A stretch of DNA of 64,000 bases from a virus. The stretch lies in the IMG/VR virus record IMGVR_UViG_3300025141_000025, positions 64,001 to 128,000 of that record. The stretch is one strand, 5' to 3'. This document shows, piece after piece, positions 28,347 through 37,754 of this stretch. Below the pieces are notes generated by a model. The model saw only the letters and a list, made by a program, of their open reading frames with translations. It was not told where the DNA came from and searched no databases. The number at the start of each line of letters is the position of its first letter. Positions within the stretch are counted from its first letter, which is position 1. A program made the position numbers and the translations under genes.

Positions 28347-30278
28347 TTAACTGTCCCTCCACAAATTGTTGCTAGCATAAGTAAGAATTTCTTCAGCACT
28401 ATCTTCATTGTATCCGTACTGTTCAATCATTACTTTCACCATTTCATTATATTTCTTTTGCTGGTCTTTATCACGTGTTTTTGACTTGGTCACAATCCTA
28501 GAAATATCTCTGACAGAGTTTATGAGGTATGATTCAATCGCCTCCTTGAGCGGTTCATAAGATCTAAAATCTACATTTTCCCCGCGACGCATTTTTGCAA
28601 ACATATAAGCTGTTACATCACTTCTAAAACCGTCACGTGATGAACCTGTCACGCCTATCTGTTCCTCAATTGAGGTCATAAACCTCTCATCGGGCTTTCT
28701 TTCTTCTTTAGTAACACGATCTTTCATCTTTTGTTTAGTCGTGTATGCCTCTGCATTATCTAGATACGTGTCGAATAGTGACTGTGCTTGCTCTTCGTAT
28801 GCAGATATAAATGCCTTGGCAATTTCCGTATCCAGCATTTTGAGATATTCTTCTCGTAAAACTTTACCAATTAGTTCAAGGCACCTTTCTTTAAATTCCT
28901 CATCCGGGATTTGTTCTTTTACACAAACCGTCAATGATTCCATTAGAGATACAGGTGTAATCATATTCTTGTCACTTTTTGCCAGAGAAGCATCTAGTGC
29001 CTTTGTAATAAATCTAGTTGAAATCCCGCTCATCCCCTCTCTTCTAGCTTCTTCTTTGAGGTCTTTTATGTCTATTTTTTTAACACGACCTTTTTCAACA
29101 ACTTCATCTCCATTATAGATCTTCATTTTTGTGACAAGATCACACTTGGCAGATTGCTTAAGCCTAGACATAATGCTAAACATGGAGGCAACACGAAGAG
29201 TGTGGGGTGCTATGTGAGCGTCAAAATCTGATTGTCCTAGCATTTTTTCATAAATTTTTATTTCTTGATCTAGCTCTAGGCAATACGGTACATCAACCTT
29301 TACCACCCTGTCTAGGATTGCTTCATTTGTATGTTCTGATTGGAATCTATTCCACTCTGCTTCATTGCAGTGTGCTAAAATAACGCCGTCAAAGTGAAGC
29401 ATATCGCTCTTGCCAGGTGAGGGGATTCTTTTCTCCTGCGTCGCGGTAATAATTGTGTGCAAGAATTCAATTTCATTCTTAAACACCTCAACCATTTCTA
29501 CGAGACCACGATTGCCGACATTAAATGCACCGTTCAATGAAAGGGCTCGAGGATCATCTTCTGAGAATTTGTCTAATTTAGAAATATCTACAGAGCCTAT
29601 TAGTACAGAAACATCCTGACTATTAGCATCCATGGGAGGAACCGAGGCTACGCCACGACGACCGCGCTGGGAAAATGTCGTCTGCTCAACCTCGAATTCC
29701 TCGTACTTGCCATCCAGTTGTTCTAGCAAAATGTGGCGTGCAACTGGGCTAATGTCTCCACGAATGCGGACACCAAGTTCTTTTTCAAATGTTTCTCTTA
29801 GTTTTCTAGGAACAAGCTGCAGAGGTTCACCTCTGTGTGGATCGCCTTTAAGGTGATAATACTTGTGTCCCTCTAGGACATTTTTAACATGTTCTGTTAG
29901 TGCTGATTTACCGGCACCTACTGGACCCATGAGTAGCAACACCTGCCTGCTTTCTTCACCGTTATGGGCAGAGCTGTGTAAAAAGCTCATGACTTTTTCC
30001 AACACAGGTTCCATTCCAAAAAAATGGTTTTCAAAATATTTGTAAATCTTCACAGAATCATTATTAAAAATCCTGCTTTTTCTTGGATTTGAATCTGGCA
30101 TTTTTTCAACACCATGATCAATAACGGCCTCATATAATCTCCTATGCGCCGTTTTTACAATACTTGAATCTTTGGAAACAAGTTCAAGGTAATCAGAGAA
30201 GGTTCCTTTAAACTTTTCTTTTTTTGAACCTTCTTCTCTTTGGCTTTGAATAGCCTTTAGCAATTTGTTTACTGACAT
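28347..30278 (-). CDS. prkA: PrkA/YeaG family AAA+ serine protein kinase
   Basis: AHRRLY, FFGME, LLLMGPVGAGKS, NRGLVEMVEVFK, ATQE, ILAHCNEAEW, VPYCL, IAPHTL, EGMSGISTRF. Confidence 0.93.
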   Translation of the reverse strand: MSVNKLLKAIQSQREEGSKKEKFKGTFSDYLELVSKDSSIVKTAHRRLYEAVIDHGVEKMPDSNPRKSRIFNNDSVKIYKYFENHFFGMEPVLEKVMSFLHSSAHNGEESRQVLLLMGPVGAGKSALTEHVKNVLEGHKYYHLKGDPHRGEPLQLVPRKLRETFEKELGVRIRGDISPVARHILLEQLDGKYEEFEVEQTTFSQRGRRGVASVPPMDANSQDVSVLIGSVDISKLDKFSEDDPRALSLNGAFNVGNRGLVEMVEVFKNEIEFLHTIITATQEKRIPSPGKSDMLHFDGVILAHCNEAEWNRFQSEHTNEAILDRVVKVDVPYCLELDQEIKIYEKMLGQSDFDAHIAPHTLRVASMFSIMSRLKQSAKCDLVTKMKIYNGDEVVEKGRVKKIDIKDLKEEARREGMSGISTRFITKALDASLAKSDKNMITPVSLMESLTVCVKEQIPDEEFKERCLELIGKVLREEYLKMLDTEIAKAFISAYEEQAQSLFDTYLDNAEAYTTKQKMKDRVTKEERKPDERFMTSIEEQIGVTGSSRDGFRSDVTAYMFAKMRRGENVDFRSYEPLKEAIESYLINSVRDISRIVTKSKTRDKDQQKKYNEMVKVMIEQYGYNEDSAEEILTYASNNLWRDS

Positions 30279-30339
30279 AATTTATCTCCAGCGCATTTAC
30301 ATTCTACTACGCGTTAGAAAGTAATAAAATACCTATGGG

Positions 30340-31641
30340 TTAAATTTCCCAAGGTTCTCCTTCAATAATCGTGTGAAGTATAACATTGTTGCCCCATAGG
30401 CACTTTGTATGATCCACAGTTTTATCGGCATAGTCAAGTTCTAAGTCTCTCTTGTCGTGTTCATGTCGAAGAACTAAAGTTCCATCTGATTCCACTTCTT
30501 CTACTTTAATTACAGGAATTTTTGCGTCTGCAATTGATTCACACATGTGTGTTCTTACTTTTTTCCAACCATCATCATCAGAAATTTCATCAACTGTAAA
30601 AGCTTCCTTTTTTTCACTCCAGCTAAAAAGACCTAGGTCTTCACATAATTCCTGCGTCAAATATTGCCTAATAAAAGCAATATCATTGCAAGATTCCCTA
30701 GCAATAAAGCATTCCTCTAATCCATGTTTTTCTTTAATGTTTTGAAAAATTACAAAACCTAAATGATATGGATTAAGTCCTCCCATGTGTGGACGAATCA
30801 CCGCATTGTGCATTCTCAAAAATGGAAGATGGTATTCGTCCGGTAAATTTAAATCATGGCAAATTGTATAATGCCAAAGAGATGCCCACCCCTCATTCAT
30901 AATTTTAGTTTGAATCTGTGGCATAAAATAATATGCTTCATCTCTAACTATTTCAATAATGTCTCTTTTCCAGTCAGGCATTTTACCATGTTCAGCAATA
31001 AACCCCATAAGATCAGGATCAGGTTCAAGAGGCGGTTGATCTAAATCGTAAAACAACTGATTTCCAGCTGGGTCGTAATCAATTAGCCCCTTATAGTATT
31101 CTACCATTTCTTTGTGGTTTTTTCTTTGAGTTCCGTCTCTATGAATTTGATATTGAAGTGCGTGACAGCCGTCAATTACTTCTTCAACTTTCTCAATTCC
31201 AATGTACGGATCCTCAACATACTCTTGAATTCTTTTTTTAGCCTGCCTAAATCTTCCAATTACAGATTCGGGGCGTGTATTTGCGAACATTCTATTATTT
31301 TTAAAGAAGTCACTGTGACCTACACAATGTGCCATGATTAGAATTTGAAGATACAGAGGATTCTCACGCATAAGATAGGCAATTGAAGGATTAGAATTAA
31401 TAATAAGTTCGTATGGTAATCCTTCAACCCCTGCATTATATGCCTGATGTGTTCTTTCAAATGATTTACCGTATGACCAGTGATCGTAATGTGTTGGCAT
31501 ACCGTGATAAGACATGTGGCCAATCATCGAGTAATAATCACAAACTTCATATGAAATTGGAAACCAATCTAATCCGTAGCCCTTGGCCACTTCTATGATT
31601 TTATCATCCCATGTTTTAAGATCATCAACACTCCATGTCAT
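30340..31641 (-). CDS. spoVR: SpoVR/YcgB family protein
   Basis: GMPTHYDHWSYGK, YELIINSNPSIAYLM, AHCVGHSDFFKNN, YFMPQIQTKIMNEGWASLWH, NPYHLG. Confidence 0.93.
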   Translation of the reverse strand: MTWSVDDLKTWDDKIIEVAKGYGLDWFPISYEVCDYYSMIGHMSYHGMPTHYDHWSYGKSFERTHQAYNAGVEGLPYELIINSNPSIAYLMRENPLYLQILIMAHCVGHSDFFKNNRMFANTRPESVIGRFRQAKKRIQEYVEDPYIGIEKVEEVIDGCHALQYQIHRDGTQRKNHKEMVEYYKGLIDYDPAGNQLFYDLDQPPLEPDPDLMGFIAEHGKMPDWKRDIIEIVRDEAYYFMPQIQTKIMNEGWASLWHYTICHDLNLPDEYHLPFLRMHNAVIRPHMGGLNPYHLGFVIFQNIKEKHGLEECFIARESCNDIAFIRQYLTQELCEDLGLFSWSEKKEAFTVDEISDDDGWKKVRTHMCESIADAKIPVIKVEEVESDGTLVLRHEHDKRDLELDYADKTVDHTKCLWGNNVILHTIIEGEPWEI

Positions 31642-32819
31642 GATTCCCCTCCATAGTTTCCAAACATTACCTTAAATGCTTTCCAAACATCTTCCCTTTC
31701 AGAGATTGCCACCGACTTCATGGTTCTGCACAATAATTGTTGTAAGTGATTTGAAAGCCTCTCGCTGTCTGCCCATGAAGGTTCATCAACAGGCGTAATT
31801 TCACAGTATCCAAATAACTGACACATGTTTGTAAGTTTTTGTGCTGCTGTTAACATGTCATTTGTATCATAAGACCAATTGTCCCCATCTGAACAGTGAA
31901 AAGCATAAACATTCCATGCGCTTGGATGAAATCTTTTTGAAATAACGTCTAACGCTTCATTATATGCTGACGATACCAATGTTCCTCCGGATGAACCTCT
32001 AGTAAAAAACTGTTCCTCACTAACCTCTTTGGCCTCTGTGGTGTGAGCGATAAACACGATCTCGGTCTTATCATATTTTGTTCGAATAAATTGGTACAAT
32101 AAAAAGAAAAAACTTCTAGCAAGAAATTTCTTGTTTTTTGACATTGAACCTGATATATCCATCATCATTACGATTACTGCATTAGTGTTTTCTTTTAATT
32201 TTGGTTTGTAATGTCTGTAGGTGAGATCGTCTTGATGAAATGACCCTTCGAGATTATCCTCTGGGTTGTTTTCACTCATTTCACTTCTTTGTGATGCCTT
32301 TAATCTCTTGATTCTGTTTATTGCTGTCTTCTTTTTGTCGAGCCTAGGAATAATCCCTTGAGGTCTGTAACCTGTTCTTTTTAGTTTTTCCGACTTTGAC
32401 TTTGTGAACGACTTCCTTTCCATATCTGGTAGTTCAAGCTCATCAAAGAGATACCTTGCCAACTCGTCTAAAGAAATTTCAACTTCATAAAATTCATCGC
32501 CCCTTTTATTACCGGCTTTCGCTGGATCACCCTTGGACGATTTTTCCTTTTTTCTAACAATCTGGTCTCTTTCCAATTCCTTACCAGGCGCCGACCCAAC
32601 ATTTTTATTAGATGGACCACCACCATAAACAAATCGATATTCTTTAATACCTCTAACAGGAATACGAAATTTTTTCTTTCCATCCTGCCCGATAATGGAT
32701 TCATCTGCTACGATATCATGAATTCCGTCTCGAATTGCTTTCTCAATTTTCCGCTTATGGCGTCGACGATCTGATGCAGATCGATCGGCAGTCGTTTTAT
32801 GATATGAAAATCCTGACAT
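31638..32819 (-). CDS. yeaH: YeaH/YhbH (DUF444) vWA-like protein
   Basis: DRRRH, IPVRGIKEYRF, MMDISGSM, FIAHTTEAKEV.E..FF..SGGT, WNVYAFHCSDGDNW. AGGAG RBS before ATG 32819. Confidence 0.92.
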   Translation of the reverse strand: MSGFSYHKTTADRSASDRRRHKRKIEKAIRDGIHDIVADESIIGQDGKKKFRIPVRGIKEYRFVYGGGPSNKNVGSAPGKELERDQIVRKKEKSSKGDPAKAGNKRGDEFYEVEISLDELARYLFDELELPDMERKSFTKSKSEKLKRTGYRPQGIIPRLDKKKTAINRIKRLKASQRSEMSENNPEDNLEGSFHQDDLTYRHYKPKLKENTNAVIVMMMDISGSMSKNKKFLARSFFFLLYQFIRTKYDKTEIVFIAHTTEAKEVSEEQFFTRGSSGGTLVSSAYNEALDVISKRFHPSAWNVYAFHCSDGDNWSYDTNDMLTAAQKLTNMCQLFGYCEITPVDEPSWADSERLSNHLQQLLCRTMKSVAISEREDVWKAFKVMFGNYGGES

Positions 32820-32871
32820 TCGCAACTCCTAAACATAAGTATCTCCAGAAATTGTAGTAAAAAATAATGTT

Positions 32872-34470
32872 CTAGTGAAATTCTGGACCAAACAATTTTT
32901 TATTCTTTAACAGAAACCGTTGCCATGAAGAATCTAAAATATAAGTTACAGCAGTATCTGTTTCACTTCTAACTGATCTTCCTACACCTTGAATTATGGT
33001 TTTTGCTGTCTGGAGATCGTACCACCAATTCCATTTATTCATTTTTTTGCGAATCAGCTTGTCACCTAAATATGGAAAAGGAACCTTGCAGATTATTTGA
33101 AACCTTGAAAGGTCATCTTTGAGGTCAACACCTTCTGTCATTGACGGTGATAATAAAACAGTGCAATTTTTTGATTTTATGTGGCGCTGCAGGACCTCGT
33201 CTCGATTTGTACTATCATGGATTAGAAGTCGGGAGCTTTTAATTGTCTTTTTAAGGTGCCAGGCAATTTTATAAGAATGACAATGGATAATGCCCTTTTC
33301 ATTTTTGTGCTCTTGTAATATTGCCTTGACAGCCTCAGTTAATTTGGGCAGTGTTTGATTAATTTCTGCAGCCGACATTTTACCAATACCAGAATAAATT
33401 ATGGGACGATTTTCAACTGGAAAAGGGCACGGTAACTTTAAAGACCCATAATCTTGTACCCCTGATAATTGTGCAAATTTATCTATGTCAACAATAGTGG
33501 CTGACATCAATAAAACAAACTGTCCCATTTTATACAAGTAATCATGCGCGTATGGCGCCACATCAATAGGTTTAAATTCGACCTTCCGCCCAGATCGCTC
33601 CTCAGGAGGAATTTCAGTCATAAGCCAGTTTTCTTTATCATATAAGGCTATGAAAGTCAATACCTTCTGTTCATGACCTGTTAAAATTTCAATCTGTCGA
33701 CTAAGTTTTGAAAATTCCCCACTTTGCATTCTTGCCTTAATGGAGGAATACTTCTCTAGGCCTTTATTGAATTTTTTTATTTTCTTAGATAACGCAGGAT
33801 AATATTCGTTCTTTACCCATTTGACAAACATACCAGGTGTAATTTTTTCTGGTAATGAAATTCCAATAAATGATTTTGCAAAACGTTCAGAAAATGTTAC
33901 TTCAATAAACCTGCTTAATTCTCCGGGAACGTTGTGTGCCTCATCAATGGCAAGCAGTGTTTTTTTTGGTAATTTTCCGCTATAGCGCGTTTCAGTTAGA
34001 AAATAAGAAAAATTTGTTACCCCGTAAGGATCTTCAATAAATTTATCCTTGGCTTTCTTATAGATGCAATTAAACGCACACCGCTTAAAGAAAGGGGAGG
34101 AACGATCGGCTGTTTGTAGCATCTTTCTAGATTCATTACAATTTTGTGTACGATGAAATGTACATGCATAATTTGAAGAAGATTTTAGCGAATTAATTTC
34201 CGGATAATCTTTTCTGTATTGTGTTTGTAATAATTTTTGTGTAGTAAGAATATTAGTTCCACTAGACAAGTCATCACCTTTTTGAAAATAATTTTCAATA
34301 TATCTTGCTACTGTAATGGCAATCGCTGACTTGCCAACACCGGTACCAGCCTCTAAAATGAAGTAATGTTTGCCTGCTTCGAATGCATCTAGAATTGAAT
34401 TAATGGCCTCATCCTGGCCAGGTCTTACATTTTCATACGGAAAAAATTTCTTCCAATCATGTTTTGGCAC
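32872..34470 (-). CDS. DinG/XPD-like SF2 helicase
   Basis: RPGQ, EAGTGVGKS, IDEAHN, LMSAT, EGVDL, KVPFP, QGVGRSVRS. Confidence 0.9.
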   Translation of the reverse strand: MPKHDWKKFFPYENVRPGQDEAINSILDAFEAGKHYFILEAGTGVGKSAIAITVARYIENYFQKGDDLSSGTNILTTQKLLQTQYRKDYPEINSLKSSSNYACTFHRTQNCNESRKMLQTADRSSPFFKRCAFNCIYKKAKDKFIEDPYGVTNFSYFLTETRYSGKLPKKTLLAIDEAHNVPGELSRFIEVTFSERFAKSFIGISLPEKITPGMFVKWVKNEYYPALSKKIKKFNKGLEKYSSIKARMQSGEFSKLSRQIEILTGHEQKVLTFIALYDKENWLMTEIPPEERSGRKVEFKPIDVAPYAHDYLYKMGQFVLLMSATIVDIDKFAQLSGVQDYGSLKLPCPFPVENRPIIYSGIGKMSAAEINQTLPKLTEAVKAILQEHKNEKGIIHCHSYKIAWHLKKTIKSSRLLIHDSTNRDEVLQRHIKSKNCTVLLSPSMTEGVDLKDDLSRFQIICKVPFPYLGDKLIRKKMNKWNWWYDLQTAKTIIQGVGRSVRSETDTAVTYILDSSWQRFLLKNKKLFGPEFH

Positions 34471-34908
34471 TTATGATCTCCTAGGTTGCCTTTCCCATGC
34501 AATTTTCGTCTTTAACATTGTCGTAGAATAACCGTGATCTCTTTTATGATAATACACGGTCTTACCCAATTCTGCACCGGTATAGTCTTCTACATCAATG
34601 TAATCAGTTCCAAGTATTCTAACATCATGGTGCTCTTGCTTTAAAAGCTCCAAAAGATCAGACTCAGTATTATATGTAACGATTTTATTAATATACTTGA
34701 TAGATTCTAGAATCTCGATCCTGTCTTCCAACGATTGTACGGGCTTACACTTGTCAGGCCTGTCAATAGTTGGATCACCTTGAAGAGCGACAGTTACAAA
34801 ATCACAATGTTCATGTGCGTCTCGAAACATTCTAATATATCCCGGGTGTAAAATGTCAAATGATCCACAGATAATTCCAGTTCCAAATTTTTTCATTATT
34901 ACCCCCAA
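34471..34908 (-). CDS. Cytidylyltransferase-like (TagD-type) protein
   Basis: GSFDILHPGY (HxGH variant), DPTIDRP, YSTT. Confidence 0.8.
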   Translation of the reverse strand: MGVIMKKFGTGIICGSFDILHPGYIRMFRDAHEHCDFVTVALQGDPTIDRPDKCKPVQSLEDRIEILESIKYINKIVTYNTESDLLELLKQEHHDVRILGTDYIDVEDYTGAELGKTVYYHKRDHGYSTTMLKTKIAWERQPRRS

Positions 34909-34910
34909 AG

Positions 34911-35534
34911 TTAATTGATAGCATCTACCAGGCCTAACTCAAGGCATCTTTCAGCAGAAAACCAAAGCTCATGCTTAAGCATTTCTTCTAATTCTTCTTC
35001 TTCAATGTTGGAAGTTTCCAAATATATTTGTTTCACAGTGGCAAATATGTTTTTTTGATTTTCAATCTCATCAATAAACTCATCATGTTTACCTGCCCAT
35101 AAAATTTGAGGTTGATGAATTAGCATAAAAGATCTTTTAGATATAAACCTTTTTTTACCTCGTGATGAAATTAATGTAGCAGCACTGGCTGCCGATCCTT
35201 CAATGTATGTGTAGACATCGGTTTTGCAATTATCAATGGCATCACACACATTTAAACCTGAGAATATATCACCGCCTGGACTCTGAATATGTAGGTGAAT
35301 GGGAGGTCTTCGTTTGAGACCAATACGTTCAGAGAGGTATCCCATTTCGATATCCAATCTTCGAATAATTCTCACCAACTCAAGAGCCTCTTTATCGGTA
35401 ACAGGTGCATAAAAATAAATGTGGTTTTCCTCTACTTCTACACCAGATAACTTACCTTTATCATCGGCCATTAATAATGAAGCCAATCCATGGGCAGCCT
35501 CATCAGTCAAAGAGTTGTTTTCTTCTTCGTTCAT
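34911..35534 (-). CDS. clpP: ClpP-family serine protease
   Basis: IQSPGG, GSAASAATLI (catalytic Ser), MLIHQP (His), WFSAERCLELGLVD. Start placed at the ATGA overlap (35534). Confidence 0.88.
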   Translation of the reverse strand: MNEEENNSLTDEAAHGLASLLMADDKGKLSGVEVEENHIYFYAPVTDKEALELVRIIRRLDIEMGYLSERIGLKRRPPIHLHIQSPGGDIFSGLNVCDAIDNCKTDVYTYIEGSAASAATLISSRGKKRFISKRSFMLIHQPQILWAGKHDEFIDEIENQKNIFATVKQIYLETSNIEEEELEEMLKHELWFSAERCLELGLVDAIN

Positions 35535-35974
35535 TCTGTATTTTTTGTCAATGGAAAAGTTCCTAACTGAGTTTTTACTTCTGCGCATGTTATTCCTTTA
35601 AACGCCTTTTGTGGTAGTTCAACAGCATTTGCTACTAATATTTGAAATTTTGCCTGCATTGTGATGACCCTGCTGTTATTGTCTAGGTCCTCAATTTTAG
35701 GCTTTGTGATGATTCTATAATAATTTAATATTCCATTTTCCCATTCTTCGCTATTTTGGTCTACATGTCTTCCTTGAAATACATGCCACACAGTGGGATT
35801 ACGATCAGGAAAAGGTCCACATTGTAAATACATTTTCGCATCTTCTAAAAAGGAAGATGGTACGTCAGCGGTTATACCTTTTTTTACAATGTATGTATAT
35901 GTTTTCTCGACCGTCAACGAATCCAACGGAGCGAACAGTTTCTTCAATTTTTCAATTTCGTTTAATGATTGCAT
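35531..35974 (-). CDS. Hypothetical protein
   Basis: Full-length ORF heading the operon. Confidence 0.5.
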   Translation of the reverse strand: MQSLNEIEKLKKLFAPLDSLTVEKTYTYIVKKGITADVPSSFLEDAKMYLQCGPFPDRNPTVWHVFQGRHVDQNSEEWENGILNYYRIITKPKIEDLDNNSRVITMQAKFQILVANAVELPQKAFKGITCAEVKTQLGTFPLTKNTE

Positions 35975-36793
35975 AGTTATTTTTATATCATGGGCATTTT
36001 TACTACTAAAAATATTCTATGCATTTTTTTGATAATTTTCACGATGTCATGGGTATCTTGTACCCAAAGACCTACAAAAATCATACCAAATAGAATCATT
36101 GATCAAAACTCACAGGGCACATACACCACTCTGGTTGAACAAACTGCCCTGGTCGATGTGACAACCTTTGCAAAACCTGTTGGGTGTAAACACGGTGAAT
36201 CCGATGAGATGAAAAAACTGTGTGAGAAGCTTTTAGAAGAGCTACCACCAATCGCTACCCGGGTTGTTGGGACCGGTACATTCATAAGACATGATAAAAA
36301 AATTAAAGTTATTTCTGCAGCGCATGTTTGTGTCCCAGACGACATCCCGGCAGAAATAAAAAATAAAGAAATTACACTAATCATTAAAACAGAGATTACG
36401 ATTGACATTTTATCACAGTCATTTTCAACAAAAGGAACTATCGAAAAACTTGATAACGAAAATGATCTTTGTTTGTTGTCACTCGGTGAAGAGCCCAGCG
36501 TGTTACCTGTTACATTTGCAACAGAAGAACCCCCTAGGGGATCAAAAATTTATTATGCTGGTGCGCCACATGGTATGATGTCAGACACATTTTTAATGAC
36601 ATTTCATGGTACCTTTGCTGGAACATTGCAAAGTGGCCTAATCTTTTCGCTACCTTGCGAATCAGGCACATCAGGATCGCTAATAAGGGATCAACATGGA
36701 AATGCATTTTCTATGGTTCAAAGAATGAATCCAAGATTTAAGCACATGTGCTACGGGCCCAGAACCGAACTTCTTTTGAAATTTCTCAAATAG
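35969..36793 (+). CDS. Trypsin-like (S1) serine protease, putative lipoprotein
   Basis: Hydrophobic N-terminus ending WVSC; triad motifs SAAHVC, NDLCLL, SGTSGS. Confidence 0.8.
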   Translation: MHSYFYIMGIFTTKNILCIFLIIFTMSWVSCTQRPTKIIPNRIIDQNSQGTYTTLVEQTALVDVTTFAKPVGCKHGESDEMKKLCEKLLEELPPIATRVVGTGTFIRHDKKIKVISAAHVCVPDDIPAEIKNKEITLIIKTEITIDILSQSFSTKGTIEKLDNENDLCLLSLGEEPSVLPVTFATEEPPRGSKIYYAGAPHGMMSDTFLMTFHGTFAGTLQSGLIFSLPCESGTSGSLIRDQHGNAFSMVQRMNPRFKHMCYGPRTELLLKFLK

Positions 36794-37073
36794 TTTTGCT
36801 ATTTTTATTCATAAAATCAACGCGAAATTTATCAACAACCATTCGAGCATGATGTTCAGCATCCTGTTGAGATCCGAACCTAGAGGTTGGTAAAAGCTTT
36901 TGATCTTTAAAAGAAATATCTAAAAGGCATGTGCCATTGTCTTGAGGATAATATTCAATTTCAAAATCTTGAAATGAATCCCATGTGTTTGGATCTGGAT
37001 CTATTGTATGGTAATTTCTACCAATCTCTTCACGTATTATTTCGTGAATTATTTCTCGTAATACACCGCTCAT
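36786..37073 (-). CDS. Hypothetical protein with leader-like N-terminus (LREIIHEIIREE)
   Basis: In operon; TAATG overlap. Confidence 0.55.
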   Translation of the reverse strand: MSGVLREIIHEIIREEIGRNYHTIDPDPNTWDSFQDFEIEYYPQDNGTCLLDISFKDQKLLPTSRFGSQQDAEHHARMVVDKFRVDFMNKNSKTI

Positions 37074-37522
37074 TATTTACTTGCGACAAAAAGTTCTATA
37101 TCAACTGCAGCGGTATCGGCTGATGCCTTCAAGGAATCAAAATTAGCAAATGACCCAAACGCATCTCCGCCGGCTGATCCTGATATTGAAGGGGATGTGA
37201 ACATCGCTGTTCTTTTTGCAGGAAGTTTGACGTCATAGCGATTTGCAGCACCGGAGGTAAAACTGATTCTTATAAAATTTGTGTCATCCAAATTAGAAAT
37301 CCTGATATACTGAAGATCACCGGTGACGTAGGTACCTGCACCAGCTGTACCACTCAGGGCGAGAATCTCTGTTTCGTATGTGGGTACCGACAGGATTCTT
37401 CGTGATGCTTCGTTAATATCAGTTATTGTTTGAACTACTTTTGCGCCTACTTGATTTCCATTTAGTTTAACATCCTCACTCACGGTAAGGGTGAGTGTGG
37501 CGTTGCTGACAGTACTAGCCAT
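37073..37522 (-). CDS. Hypothetical beta-rich, probably virion protein
   Basis: GGAG RBS; Ala/Ser/Thr-rich composition. Confidence 0.55.
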   Translation of the reverse strand: MASTVSNATLTLTVSEDVKLNGNQVGAKVVQTITDINEASRRILSVPTYETEILALSGTAGAGTYVTGDLQYIRISNLDDTNFIRISFTSGAANRYDVKLPAKRTAMFTSPSISGSAGGDAFGSFANFDSLKASADTAAVDIELFVASK

Positions 37523-37754
37523 TATTTTCCTCCATTATAATTCTTTTAAGAATCATTTCTATCAATTCATCGGTACTTTCGTTATTTTCATACGGGCCCT
37601 CAATTGCAGCAATTTGCCCTTGCGCATTTTTTTTGGATGTGTGACAAGCTCGATGTTTTTTACCTTTCTTGTCCGTATAAGTTAAAGACCAATTTCCTTT
37701 ATCACCATCACTTTGCTTACATGGGTTTTTTAGCTTGTTAATCCTATAAGGCAT
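37515..37754 (-). CDS. Hypothetical protein
   Basis: In operon; C-terminal LKRIIMEE resembles the leader motif. Confidence 0.5.
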   Translation of the reverse strand: MPYRINKLKNPCKQSDGDKGNWSLTYTDKKGKKHRACHTSKKNAQGQIAAIEGPYENNESTDELIEMILKRIIMEENNG

